Of a DNA stretch of 64,000 nt, positions 52,011-62,376 are shown piece after piece. Every line of letters begins with the position of its first letter. Position 1 is the first letter of the stretch. The stretch covers positions 340,263 through 404,262 of the forward strand of contig CAMYVW010000001.1 in assembly GCA_947302655.1 (NCBI GenBank), written 5' to 3'. The notes below the pieces were generated by a model. It did no database searches, had not been told where the DNA came from, and saw only the letters and a list, made by a program, of their open reading frames with translations. The DNA is from an uncultured Mycoplasmatota bacterium. Its GTDB lineage: Bacteria > Bacillota_I > Bacilli_A > RF39 > UBA660. A program made the translations under genes and the position numbers.

Positions 52011-53098
52011 ATACTCTCCTTCCTTTTTTTACTTGGATGAAGCATAAATGCGGATACATATAAAGATATTGGAATAGCAAGAACAATGTTTATACAACTA
52101 GTTAAAATAACTATTATTTCAACTTGACTATACATCTTTATAGCATCACCTAAAACTATGTTATTTTTCATAAGTAAAAATGTCATTGGAATAACTGATG
52201 TAAAACAAGTAAATAACATAACATTATTCATAGTTCCAAGTATATCCTTACATATTTCTTTACCTGATTTAAGTAAGTTTTTATATTTTATTGTTGGATC
52301 TTTAAGTATAAGTTCATGAAGTGATGAACTTATAGTTATTGCTATATCCATAATAGCTCCAAGACCACTAAGAAGTATTGTTACGTAGAAGAAATTTTCA
52401 TAATCATGTACTGCTTCAATATATTCAAGAGTCCAATATGGTATTGGTTTTTTATATAGTTTAATAATAATAAAAGCTAAAGAAAATGAAACTATAAATG
52501 AAATAATTGATGAAACTATTGCAGAGAATGTTTTCTTACTTTTTTTATTTGTTATTAGAAGTGATGTTGTAACAAATATAATTGATACAAATAGATAAAG
52601 TATGAGCATATTCCAAGTTCTTGCATGTTTTTGAAATAACAATATTGCCAATAAAGATATAATAATATTTGCAATTAAACTTACAATTGTTTTAATACCT
52701 TTTCTTCCTGCAACAAAAACGATTGAATTAATAAATATAATAATTAATATTACAACATACTTATCTCTTTTAACACCGTTTATACCTATTGCAGTTAAAT
52801 CACTTTTAACTTCAACAAATACCTCACTATGTTTATGAAGCTGTTCATCATACACTCCTGAAGTAGTAGTATGATTAATAACTTTAACTTCTTTACCTTT
52901 ATACTTACCATTTTTAATGGTTCCTGAAATTGTTTGTGTAATGTTTTTTTCTTTAGTTGTCCCATTATTTTCTATTTTTTCCTTTATATCGTTTATTTTT
53001 AATATTGGTTTTTTATATAAAAAGTAATCATTATAAACAAACAATATAGTTAAAAAACTTAAAATAAAAGAAATTATAATTTTTTTCTTTATATTCAT
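52007..53098 (-). CDS. YibE/F family membrane protein (long paralog)
   Basis: GLGAIMDIAITISSSLHE, KDILGTMNNVMLF, IVLAIPIS. Confidence 0.88.
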   Translation of the reverse strand: MNIKKKIIISFILSFLTILFVYNDYFLYKKPILKINDIKEKIENNGTTKEKNITQTISGTIKNGKYKGKEVKVINHTTTSGVYDEQLHKHSEVFVEVKSDLTAIGINGVKRDKYVVILIIIFINSIVFVAGRKGIKTIVSLIANIIISLLAILLFQKHARTWNMLILYLFVSIIFVTTSLLITNKKSKKTFSAIVSSIISFIVSFSLAFIIIKLYKKPIPYWTLEYIEAVHDYENFFYVTILLSGLGAIMDIAITISSSLHELILKDPTIKYKNLLKSGKEICKDILGTMNNVMLFTCFTSVIPMTFLLMKNNIVLGDAIKMYSQVEIIVILTSCINIVLAIPISLYVSAFMLHPSKKRKESI

Positions 53099-53190
53099 TT
53101 TTATCTCTTCATTCTTATAAAAATATATAATAAATTATAACATAATAATAATAAAAAATGGTATATGCTCTTTGCATATACCATATTAAA

Positions 53191-53403
53191 TTATTTTCTT
53201 ACTTTACTATTATCCATAATTAGATGCTCTGCACATTCTCTTATGTATTTATTATCTCCAATTTGTTCTTTTTTAGAATAATACATATATATTATATATA
53301 TATCTTCTTGTGATAAACTCCTTAGATATTCAGGTAAACGATATTCTTTAAGAGCTTGTTTAACTCCTAAAATAACTTCAAGTTCAAATTCATTATTTTC
53401 CAT
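53191..53403 (-). CDS. Hypothetical small orphan protein (70 aa)
   Basis: SD GGAGG favours ATG 53403; terminator hairpin 53158-53184 downstream. Confidence 0.65.
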   Translation of the reverse strand: MENNEFELEVILGVKQALKEYRLPEYLRSLSQEDIYIIYMYYSKKEQIGDNKYIRECAEHLIMDNSKVRK

Positions 53404-53517
53404 TATTAAAACCTCCATACAGTTTCTTATAATAACATAGGCAAAAATAATTAATCAATAAAAACTTTATTTAATCATTAAATTAATATATAATTAATAA
53501 CATAGGATGGTGTTAAT

Positions 53518-54525
53518 ATGAGAATACTTGTTACAGGAGCAACAGGTTATATTGGTTCACATACTTGTGTTGAACTACTTAATAATGGTTATGAAGTTGT
53601 AGGACTTGATAATTTTTCTAATAGTAAAAAGGAAGTATTAGATAAAATATTTTTAATAACTAATAAAGAAATTACTTTCTATGAAGGTGACATGCTTAAT
53701 AAAGAGATATTACGAAGAATCTTTAGTGAAAATAAAATTGATGCTGTTATTGATTTTGCGGCCTTTAAAGCTGTTGGTGAAAGTGTTGCAAAACCAGTTG
53801 AGTATTACACTAATAACATTTCAAGTGTATTAAATCTTTTAAGCGTTATGAAAGAATATAATGTTAAAAAACTTGTTTTTAGTAGTAGTGCAACAGTTTA
53901 TGGCGATCCTGAAGTTATTCCAATAACTGAAGAATGTAAAACCGGTGGAACAACAAATCCTTATGGAACAAGTAAATTAATGGTAGAACAAATATTAAAA
54001 GATCTATATAAGTCTGATGATACTAATGGAATATGCATTTTAAGATATTTTAATCCAATTGGAGCTCATGAAAGCGGACTTATTGGTGAAGAACCTAGTG
54101 GAATACCGGCAAACTTACTTCCTTATATATCTAAAGTTGCAACAGGAAAGTTAGAATGTTTAAGTATTTTTGGTGATGATTATGATACACCTGATGGAAC
54201 TGGAGTAAGAGATTATATTCACGTAGTAGATTTAGCTAAAGGCCATGTTAAAGCAATTGAAAAATTGCTTAAAGATGAAAAAGGTTTATTTATTTATAAT
54301 CTTGGAACAGGAAAAGGATATAGCGTTCTTGACATGATTAAAGCTTTTGAAAAAGAAAATGGTGTCAAGATTAATTATAAAATTTGCCCAAGAAGACCTG
54401 GAGATATTGCTACATGTTATAGTGATCCAAGTAAAGCAAAAAAAGAACTTGGATTTGAATGTACTAAGACTTTAGAAGATATGGTTAGAGATAGCTATAA
54501 TTATGAAAAGAAAAATATTGCTTAA
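53518..54525 (+). CDS. galE: UDP-glucose 4-epimerase
   Basis: TGATGYIGSH, FSSSATVYG, YGTSK, LRYFNPIGAH, GTGVRDYIHVVDLA. Confidence 0.97.
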   Translation: MRILVTGATGYIGSHTCVELLNNGYEVVGLDNFSNSKKEVLDKIFLITNKEITFYEGDMLNKEILRRIFSENKIDAVIDFAAFKAVGESVAKPVEYYTNNISSVLNLLSVMKEYNVKKLVFSSSATVYGDPEVIPITEECKTGGTTNPYGTSKLMVEQILKDLYKSDDTNGICILRYFNPIGAHESGLIGEEPSGIPANLLPYISKVATGKLECLSIFGDDYDTPDGTGVRDYIHVVDLAKGHVKAIEKLLKDEKGLFIYNLGTGKGYSVLDMIKAFEKENGVKINYKICPRRPGDIATCYSDPSKAKKELGFECTKTLEDMVRDSYNYEKKNIA

Positions 54526-54604
54526 TTAAGCAATATTTTTTTATATAAAAAAAGGAAATTCACTTTTTTTCGGAAATGTATATTAGTGAAAGGAAGTGAA
54601 AATT

Positions 54605-55540
54605 ATGAATAATGAAATAATCCTATTTGAGGATCAGGATGTTAAACTTGAAGTCAGTTTAAAGGACGAAACAGTTTGGTTAAATCAAAACTCAATAGCA
54701 AAATTATTTGGCGTAGCAAGAAGCACAATAACGGATCATATTAATAATATTTTGATTTCAGGTGAGTTAGAAGAAAAAACTTCTGTCGGAATTTCCGACG
54801 AAAGTTCAGGAGGAAGAAAGCCAAAACTATATAATCTTGATATGATTATTGCTGTTGGATATAGAGTTAATTCTAAAAAGGCTACAATATTCAGAAGATG
54901 GGCAACAAATATTTTGAAAGAATATCTAATAAAAGGTTATTCAATTAATATGAAAAGACTGAAATACTTAGAAAAAACTGTACAATTAATTGATGTTGCA
55001 TCAAGAATAGAAAATGATATTGACGTTAGTGATGCCAAAGAAGTAATTCATGTTATTAATTCTTATTCAAAAGCATTTGATTTACTTGATAAGTATGATC
55101 ATAAACAAATCATAAAACCCAAAGGTAAATTAGATCTAGCAAGAATTACGTATGATGATTGTAAGAGTATTATCGAAACACTTGAATTTAACAAAACAAG
55201 TAACATTTTTGGGCTTGAAAGAGATAAAGGTTTAGAGTCAATAATCAATAATATTTACCAGTCATTTGATAATAAAGACTTATATGAATCAGTTGAAGAA
55301 AAAGCAGCAAATCTTTTATATTTAATAATAAAAAATCATCCGTTTATTGATGGTAATAAGAGAATAGCAGCTACTATATTTGTCTATTTTTTAAGTTTCT
55401 ATAAAATATTATATGATAATGATGTATTGAATATTAATGGTAAAACTTTAGTAGCCTTAACGCTTCTTATTGCTGAATCTAATCCTAAAGAAAAAGAAAT
55501 AATGGTAGATTTAGTTATGAATCTTTTAATTAATAATTAA
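54605..55540 (+). CDS. RhuM-family DNA-binding domain fused to Fic/Doc domain
   Basis: ETVWLNQ..IAKLFG, YNLDMIIAVGYRVNS..ATIFRRWA, then AANLLYLIIKNHPFIDGNKRIAA. Confidence 0.9.
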   Translation: MNNEIILFEDQDVKLEVSLKDETVWLNQNSIAKLFGVARSTITDHINNILISGELEEKTSVGISDESSGGRKPKLYNLDMIIAVGYRVNSKKATIFRRWATNILKEYLIKGYSINMKRLKYLEKTVQLIDVASRIENDIDVSDAKEVIHVINSYSKAFDLLDKYDHKQIIKPKGKLDLARITYDDCKSIIETLEFNKTSNIFGLERDKGLESIINNIYQSFDNKDLYESVEEKAANLLYLIIKNHPFIDGNKRIAATIFVYFLSFYKILYDNDVLNINGKTLVALTLLIAESNPKEKEIMVDLVMNLLINN

Positions 55541-55577
55541 CAATTACTGGAAATATTATTCCAGTAATTGTTTTTTT
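55539..55577 (+). terminator. Terminator after rhuM-fic
   Basis: AACAATTACTGGAA-ATATTA-TTCCAGTAATTGTT plus T-tract. Confidence 0.85.
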
Positions 55578-55618
55578 ATAATACCTATATTTATCCATAA
55601 TAAGTATAGGTGATATAT

Positions 55619-56611
55619 ATGAAAAAGAAACTATTTATATTATTAATATCATTTTTATTTCCTCTTTCTGTATGTGCTTATTCAGATAAAATAATACCTG
55701 GAGGGGGTACAATAGGTATAAAAGTAAATTCTAAAGGCATTATGATAGTTGGTTTTTACAAAGTTGATGGAAAATATAATAAAGGTAATCCCGAATTAAA
55801 AGAAGGGGATTATATAATCAAAGTAAATGATGAGAAAATTAATAGTGTTGATGATTTAATTAATGCAGTAAGTAAATATCAAAATGATGAATTAGTTAAT
55901 ATAACTTATTTAAGAAATAAAATAGAAAACAATACAAACTTAAGATTAGTAAAAATTGATGGGGTTTATAAAACGGGATTATATGTTAAAGATTCTATAA
56001 CAGGTATAGGAACTTTATCTTATATTGATCCAGAAAATAATATCTATGGAGCTCTTGGTCATGAAATAGTTGAGTCAAATAGTAAAGTAATGATAGATAT
56101 AAAGGATGGAACAATATTTAAAAATATTGTAACTAGTATAGAGCGTAGTGTAGACGGAAGTCCCGGAAGTAAGAATGCTAAGTTTTATAATAATAAAGAA
56201 TATGGTAATGTTTTAAAAAATACGAAGTATGGTATATATGGTATTCCTAATCAAAATATATTAACTGGGGAACCAGTTAATATAAAAAAATTAAGTGAAG
56301 TGAATTTAGGAAAAGCATATATAAGAACAGTAATAAACAAAGAAGATGTAAAAGACTATGAAATAAATATTCTTGAAATAAATAAAAACAGTAAACTTAA
56401 GAGTATAACTTTTGAAATAACAGATGAAGAACTTTTAAATAAAACAGGTGGAATAGTTCAGGGAATGAGCGGAAGTCCAATAATTCAAGACGGATATTTA
56501 ATAGGAGCTGTAACACACGTATTAGTTGATGATGTTAAAAAAGGATATGGAATAAGTATTATAACAATGTTAGATGAAGGAGATAGAATATTAAATAAAA
56601 TTAATGATTAA
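55619..56611 (+). CDS. SpoIVB-type PDZ serine peptidase (S55)
   Basis: IIPGGGTIG, PDZ (EGDYIIKVND), GIGTLSYID, ALGHEI, GGIVQGMSGSPIIQDG, GAVTHV. Confidence 0.9.
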   Translation: MKKKLFILLISFLFPLSVCAYSDKIIPGGGTIGIKVNSKGIMIVGFYKVDGKYNKGNPELKEGDYIIKVNDEKINSVDDLINAVSKYQNDELVNITYLRNKIENNTNLRLVKIDGVYKTGLYVKDSITGIGTLSYIDPENNIYGALGHEIVESNSKVMIDIKDGTIFKNIVTSIERSVDGSPGSKNAKFYNNKEYGNVLKNTKYGIYGIPNQNILTGEPVNIKKLSEVNLGKAYIRTVINKEDVKDYEINILEINKNSKLKSITFEITDEELLNKTGGIVQGMSGSPIIQDGYLIGAVTHVLVDDVKKGYGISIITMLDEGDRILNKIND

Positions 56612-56708
56612 AAAATCATTAATTTTTTTAATTAACAATTGCTTTTAAAAAATATTGATTATATAATTAGTAAGGATAGTATAGTCCGATGTGGGAGGTA
56701 GTTGAGTT

Positions 56709-57014
56709 ATGAGTAATAATGGGGAGAATTTATTTGTAGAAGCTGAAAGAACTTATAGAAATGCTTTAATTGAATATATTAAGGCATCAGGTATTAAATT
56801 TGAAAACTTTGATAAAATTAGTCTATCTGAGTTAAGACAATTTGCACTTAATTTATATAGTTTAGAAAGTGAATATCAACAAACCACTAATATGGTGAGT
56901 GAATTTGGTGAAGAAGTTAATTTATTAACTGTTTTAGATAAAGATGAACAAGTTACAGTTCATACAAGAGTACCAAATAAGGGTAAGATTGGAAAAGTGT
57001 TTAGAGGCAAATAA
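56709..57014 (+). CDS. Hypothetical orphan protein
   Basis: SD GGGAGGT, own terminator at about 57005-57029; basic tail KGKIGKVFRGK. Confidence 0.68.
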   Translation: MSNNGENLFVEAERTYRNALIEYIKASGIKFENFDKISLSELRQFALNLYSLESEYQQTTNMVSEFGEEVNLLTVLDKDEQVTVHTRVPNKGKIGKVFRGK

Positions 57015-57096
57015 TTATTTGCCTTTTTTAATTTATAGAGCTTGATAAGAGTACTTAATTTTTGTTATAATACTTTAATGAGAGGATTTGAAATAA

Positions 57097-57909
57097 ATGA
57101 CAGCTATTAAAAATATTTTAGGAAATTTCAAACGATATTCTTTTTTAATGAAACAGTTAATCGTAAGAGATTTTAAAGTAAAATATAAAAGAAGTGTTTT
57201 GGGAGTTTTATGGTCAATTCTTCAACCAATATTGATGATGACTGTAATGGCAATAGTGTTTTCACAAATGTTTAAATTTAAAGTTGAAGGAACTAACTTT
57301 TTAGTATATTTGATGACCGGTATTATTATGTTTAACTACTTTAGTGAGGCATCAAATTTAGCTATGAGTTCTGTAGTAGTTAACTTTAGTTTAATAAATA
57401 AAGTTTATATACCAAAATATATATTCCCATTTGCTAAATGTTTATTTGTTGGAATTAACTTCTTACTTACATTAATACCTTGGTTAGGAATTATTGTTTT
57501 ATCATACTTTGGTTTAGGACAATATACATGTCATATTAATATTTGGTATTTGTTATTACCATATGTATTTATTTGCTTATTTTTATTTACACTTGGTATA
57601 GGACTTATTACAGCATGTATTTCTGTGTTCTTAAGAGATATGTTTTATATATATGGAATAATCCTTATAATATGGAACTATATGACACCAGTATTTTATA
57701 GTATAGAAATTCTTCCAGAAAGCTTACAAACTATATTTAAATTAAATCCACTTTATTTGTATTTAACTGGTGCAAGAAGTATTGTACTTGCTTCTGCTAG
57801 ACCATCATTTACACAAATGGGTATGATGCTAGCTTACGGAGTAGGTACCTTAATAATTGGTTTATTATTGTTTAAGAAAAAACAAGATAAATTCATTTAT
57901 TATGTTTAA
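57097..57909 (+). CDS. ABC-2 polysaccharide export permease (Wzm/TagG-like)
   Basis: RDFKVKYKRSVLGVLWSILQP, FLRDM, YMTPVFY, LNPLY. Confidence 0.93.
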   Translation: MTAIKNILGNFKRYSFLMKQLIVRDFKVKYKRSVLGVLWSILQPILMMTVMAIVFSQMFKFKVEGTNFLVYLMTGIIMFNYFSEASNLAMSSVVVNFSLINKVYIPKYIFPFAKCLFVGINFLLTLIPWLGIIVLSYFGLGQYTCHINIWYLLLPYVFICLFLFTLGIGLITACISVFLRDMFYIYGIILIIWNYMTPVFYSIEILPESLQTIFKLNPLYLYLTGARSIVLASARPSFTQMGMMLAYGVGTLIIGLLLFKKKQDKFIYYV

Positions 57910-57926
57910 TTGGAGGTTTATATAAA

Positions 57927-58664
57927 ATGATTAAAGTTGATAATGTTTCTATGAAATTTAATCTAGGAATGGAAGCTGGATCTTTTAAAGAAACTTTCAT
58001 TGCTTTATTTGATAAAAAAAGAAGAGTAAGCAAACAAAAAAATGAGTTTTGGGCTTTAAAAAATGTATCGTTCGAAGTAAAAAAAGGTGAAGTAATCGGT
58101 ATTATTGGTTCTAATGGTGCTGGTAAATCAACATTACTAAAGGTTATAAGTGGTGTTATGAAGCCAACGAAAGGAACTGTTCAAACTCATGGTGTTATTT
58201 CACCAATGATTGAGTTAGGTGCTGGTTTTGATCCTGAATTAACTGCTCGCGAAAATATATATTTAAATGGGGCAATTTTAGGGTACTCAAAAAAATTTCT
58301 TGATGAAAAATTTGATGAAATTGTTGAGTTTTCAGAACTAATCGATTTCTTAGATGTTCCTATAAAGAATTTTTCTTCGGGTATGATTGCAAAACTTGCA
58401 TTCTCAATAGCAACAGTTGTAAATCCTGAGATATTAATAGTAGATGAAATTTTATCAGTTGGTGATATTAAGTTCCAGGATAAAAGTAAAAACAAAATGA
58501 TGAGCATGATAAATGGTGGTACAACAGTTTTATATGTTTCACATTCATTAAGTACAGTTAAAGAATTATGTAATCGTGTTATATGGATAGAACATGGTGA
58601 AGTCGTTAAGATTGGTAAAGCAAAAACTGTATGTGATGAGTATTATAAAAAACAATTAGGATAG
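57927..58664 (+). CDS. Polysaccharide ABC exporter ATPase (Wzt/TagH-like, no C-terminal CBM)
   Basis: FWALKNVSF, GSNGAGKST, ELTARENIYL, FSSGM, IVDEILSVGD..F; only 245 aa. Confidence 0.94.
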   Translation: MIKVDNVSMKFNLGMEAGSFKETFIALFDKKRRVSKQKNEFWALKNVSFEVKKGEVIGIIGSNGAGKSTLLKVISGVMKPTKGTVQTHGVISPMIELGAGFDPELTARENIYLNGAILGYSKKFLDEKFDEIVEFSELIDFLDVPIKNFSSGMIAKLAFSIATVVNPEILIVDEILSVGDIKFQDKSKNKMMSMINGGTTVLYVSHSLSTVKELCNRVIWIEHGEVVKIGKAKTVCDEYYKKQLG

Positions 58665-58675
58665 GGAGTTTATTT

Positions 58676-61249
58676 ATGGAGTTAATTAAAAAATATTGGA
58701 AAATATATAAAAACAAAAAAGCAAAAATAAAAAAAGAAAATGGTAAAATCATTATTACTAATGATACTGACAAAAATGCCATGCTTTATTGTGTGAAATT
58801 ATTTAAAAAGAAAAATGATGACATTCAAGTTACCTTTAAAGGAAAAATCATAAAAGGTGAAGCAGCAGTATTTGAATTTATTAATCGAAATAGGGAAATA
58901 CTTGCAGAAACAACTATTAATTCAAAAATGTTTTTTACTAGAAAAGATGTAAAATATTTCTTTGCTGTAATAAAAGTATTTCCGCATACAACATTAGAAG
59001 TTGATACTATAGATTTTGAATCTAAAGATACAACAAGTGAAGATATGTATGAGGATTTTACAAATGATACATTAGTTATTACACCAAGTTATCCTAGTGA
59101 AGAACATAAGTATCTATCTGGATTTGTTCATTCGCGTATTATGGGATATAAAAGTCAAGGAATAAATGTTGACGTTGCTGTTGTATATGATTATCTAAAT
59201 ATGAGTAAGTATACATTTGAAGGTATAAACGTTACTCGTATGTCATATTTAGAATTAAGGAATTTACTATGTCTAAAAAAATACAAAAGAATCTTAATTC
59301 ATTTTATGGATGAAAAATATTTCAGTGTAATTAGTGGAGCAGATTTAATAGACACTGAATTATTTGTTTGGGTACATGGTCCAGAAACACTTTACTGGGA
59401 TTTTCCAAAATTTGTAACAAGATATTTTGAACAACCATATAAACTAACAGAAACTGATATTAGTATATTTAAAAATAAAGATAAGATTATAAAATCTTTA
59501 AATGAAATGCCAAATGTTAAATTCATATTTGTTTCTAATTGGATTAAAAAAAGAAGCGAAGAATTAATAAAAATAGAATTTAATAACTATGAAGTTATTC
59601 CTAACATAATTGATATTGATTTATTTGATTTTAAAAAGAAAACTAAAGATAAAATGAAAAAAATCTTTATGCTTAGAAGATATGATGATATTGATAAATA
59701 TGCAGTTGATGTTAGTGTTAGAACAATTCTTGAATTAAGTAAAAGACCAGGTTTTGATGAATATGAATTTAATATTTATGGAAATGGATGTGTATGGGAT
59801 AAACTATTTAAACCATTACTTAACTTTAAAAATGTTCACTTCTATAGAAGTTTCTACACTCATGAGCAAATATCACAAATTCATAAAGAAAATGGTATAG
59901 CACTTTTCCCAACTAGATATGATGCACAAGGTGTATCAATGTGCGAGGCAGGAAGTTCAGGACTTTTAGTAGTATCATCAGATAATGATGCAATTAAAGA
60001 ATTTATACCATCTAAAGACGGTAATATAATTGATACTGAGGAATACGTTAAATATGCTGACTTTATTGAAAAGGTATCTAACGATCCAAAATTATTCCAA
60101 AAAATATGTGATGATACTAGAAAGAAAATCGAAGAAAAATGTTCTTATGATGCAACTATAAAGAAAGAAATAAATTTACTTAAGAAAAAAGCAAGTTCTA
60201 GCTTATATAATTTTGAAATTCCTAATTTGGCAAAAAATCCGGTTTTATCAATTGTAATTCCATCATACAACGTTGAAAAATATGTTTTAAGAACTATTGA
60301 ATCATTAATTATAGGTAATAAAAATGCTAATAAGGTAGAAATTATTGTTGTTAATGATGGTTCAAAGGATAACACTGCGAATATAGTAAGAGACTTTATT
60401 AATAAGTACGGAAAAAATGCGAAGAATCCAAGTGTTATATTAGTTGACAAAGAAAATGGTGGTCATGGTTCAACAATTAACGTTGGTATTGCTAAAGCAA
60501 CTGGAAAGTACTTTAGAATAATTGATGGAGATGACTGGGTAGATACGAAAGACTTTGAAAAGCTAATTAGTATATTGGAAAAAGAAGATTCTGATATTGT
60601 GTGTACAAATTATTCTGAAGACTTATACTATGGTAAAACATGTGTTTTATTAAAGAAATATTTATATAGTAATTTAAGAGAAGGTTTCAAATATAACTTT
60701 GATGATTTATGTCATCAAAACTATGGATTTAATTCATGGGGACCTATTCTTGCTACAGCAAACATCAAACTTGATTTATTAAGAGAAGCTAATTTTAAAT
60801 TATCTGAAAAAACATTCTATGTTGATATGGAATATAATACATATTATCTGCCATATGTAAATACATTTACCTACTATGATTTAGATGTTTATCGTTATTT
60901 TATTGGTAGATCAGATCAATCAATATCTAATGCTTCATTTATTAGAAATATTGATCAACATCAAAAAGTAATAAATAATATTCTTGTATATACAGAAAGT
61001 AAAGTTGATAATCCAAATAAAAAAGATTATTTATATCGTAATATCATTAATCCAATGGTTATTGCACATTACAACTTAGTTATAAATACAATTAAAAAGA
61101 GAAAGAAATTTGTTTCATTTGATAAAATGATTCAAAAAAACATTAATAAAGATTATGATAATTACGGATCACGTGTTCGTATATTAAGAAAAACACGAGG
61201 ACATTTTATAAAGATTCTATCAATTATTTTTGAAAAAAGAGGTCACTAA
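58676..61249 (+). CDS. Multidomain glycosyltransferase (N-terminal unknown + GT4-like + GT2)
   Basis: GT-B part (FVHSRI, PNIID, FPTRYDAQGVSMCEA) and GT-A part (LSIVIPSYNVEKY, VNDGSKD, NGGHGSTIN, DGDDW). Confidence 0.88.
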   Translation: MELIKKYWKIYKNKKAKIKKENGKIIITNDTDKNAMLYCVKLFKKKNDDIQVTFKGKIIKGEAAVFEFINRNREILAETTINSKMFFTRKDVKYFFAVIKVFPHTTLEVDTIDFESKDTTSEDMYEDFTNDTLVITPSYPSEEHKYLSGFVHSRIMGYKSQGINVDVAVVYDYLNMSKYTFEGINVTRMSYLELRNLLCLKKYKRILIHFMDEKYFSVISGADLIDTELFVWVHGPETLYWDFPKFVTRYFEQPYKLTETDISIFKNKDKIIKSLNEMPNVKFIFVSNWIKKRSEELIKIEFNNYEVIPNIIDIDLFDFKKKTKDKMKKIFMLRRYDDIDKYAVDVSVRTILELSKRPGFDEYEFNIYGNGCVWDKLFKPLLNFKNVHFYRSFYTHEQISQIHKENGIALFPTRYDAQGVSMCEAGSSGLLVVSSDNDAIKEFIPSKDGNIIDTEEYVKYADFIEKVSNDPKLFQKICDDTRKKIEEKCSYDATIKKEINLLKKKASSSLYNFEIPNLAKNPVLSIVIPSYNVEKYVLRTIESLIIGNKNANKVEIIVVNDGSKDNTANIVRDFINKYGKNAKNPSVILVDKENGGHGSTINVGIAKATGKYFRIIDGDDWVDTKDFEKLISILEKEDSDIVCTNYSEDLYYGKTCVLLKKYLYSNLREGFKYNFDDLCHQNYGFNSWGPILATANIKLDLLREANFKLSEKTFYVDMEYNTYYLPYVNTFTYYDLDVYRYFIGRSDQSISNASFIRNIDQHQKVINNILVYTESKVDNPNKKDYLYRNIINPMVIAHYNLVINTIKKRKKFVSFDKMIQKNINKDYDNYGSRVRILRKTRGHFIKILSIIFEKRGH

Positions 61250-62361
61250 TGAGTAAGATTAAAGTAATGAGTATTTTTGGTACAAGACCAGAAGCAATTA
61301 AAATGGCTCCACTTGTAAAAGAATTTGAAAAAAGAGAAGATATTGAAAGTATTGTTTGTGTAACTGCTCAACATAGAGAAATGCTTGATCAAGTTTTAGA
61401 TACATTTAATATTAAACCTGATTATGATTTAAATATTATGAAACCAGGACAAACATTAACACAAATAACATCAAGAGTACTAGAGGGTCTTGAAAATGTT
61501 ATAAGTGAAGCTAAACCTGATATTGTATTAGTTCATGGTGATACTACGACATCATTTGCTGGCGCATTAGCGGCCTTTTATAACCAAGTATCTATTGGAC
61601 ATGTAGAAGCTGGTTTAAGAACATATGACAAGTATTCACCATATCCTGAAGAAATGAACAGACAAATGGTTGATTGCATGACTGATATGTTTTTTGCTCC
61701 AACAAATTTAAGTAAAGAAAATCTACTTAAAGAAAACAAAGACGAAGAAAAAATATATGTAACTGGTAATACAGTAATTGATGCGATGAGCACAACTATT
61801 TCCGATGATTACAAGCATCCTGAACTTGAATGGATTAAACCTAATGAAAGAATGATTCTATTAACTGCTCATAGAAGAGAAAATTTAGGTGAACCTATGA
61901 GACACATCTTTAAAGCTATAAGGAGATTAGTGGATGAATTTGATGATATAAAGGTAATTTATCCAATTCACAAAAATCCTAAAGTAAGAGAAGTAGCAAA
62001 TGAAATTTTTGAAGGATGTGACAAAGTAAGATTAATTGAACCTTTAGAAGTGTTTGATTTCCATAATTTTCAAAACAAAAGTTATATTATTATGACAGAT
62101 AGTGGTGGAATTCAAGAAGAAGCACCATCTCTTGGTAAACCTGTATTAGTTTTAAGAGATACAACTGAAAGACCAGAAGGAATCGAAGCTGGAACATTAA
62201 AACTTGTTGGTACTAATGAAGAAGTAATCTATGAAGAAGCTAAGAAACTTCTAAGTGATTTAGATGAATATGAAAAAATGAGTAAATCATCTAACCCTTA
62301 TGGTGATGGTCATGCTTCAGAAAGAATTGCAGATGCAATTATTAGAAAATTTAAAAAATAG
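61249..62361 (+). CDS. wecB: UDP-N-acetylglucosamine 2-epimerase (non-hydrolysing)
   Basis: FGTRPEAIKMAP, VHGDTTT, HVEAGLRT, HRREN, TDSGGIQEEAPSLGKP. Confidence 0.97.
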   Translation: MSKIKVMSIFGTRPEAIKMAPLVKEFEKREDIESIVCVTAQHREMLDQVLDTFNIKPDYDLNIMKPGQTLTQITSRVLEGLENVISEAKPDIVLVHGDTTTSFAGALAAFYNQVSIGHVEAGLRTYDKYSPYPEEMNRQMVDCMTDMFFAPTNLSKENLLKENKDEEKIYVTGNTVIDAMSTTISDDYKHPELEWIKPNERMILLTAHRRENLGEPMRHIFKAIRRLVDEFDDIKVIYPIHKNPKVREVANEIFEGCDKVRLIEPLEVFDFHNFQNKSYIIMTDSGGIQEEAPSLGKPVLVLRDTTERPEGIEAGTLKLVGTNEEVIYEEAKKLLSDLDEYEKMSKSSNPYGDGHASERIADAIIRKFKK

Positions 62362-62376
62362 AAGATATTTAATCTT

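Noticed and set aside
51276-53098. YibE/F pair as a novel system
   Set aside because: Tandem YibE/F paralogs are a common arrangement in Bacillota; nothing unusual beyond the opposite orientation.
53408-53421. 13-nt match AAACCTCCATACA shared with 49231-49243
   Set aside because: Mostly the complement of a GGAGG Shine-Dalgarno; the minus-strand ORF at the 49231 copy is only three codons. Likely coincidence.
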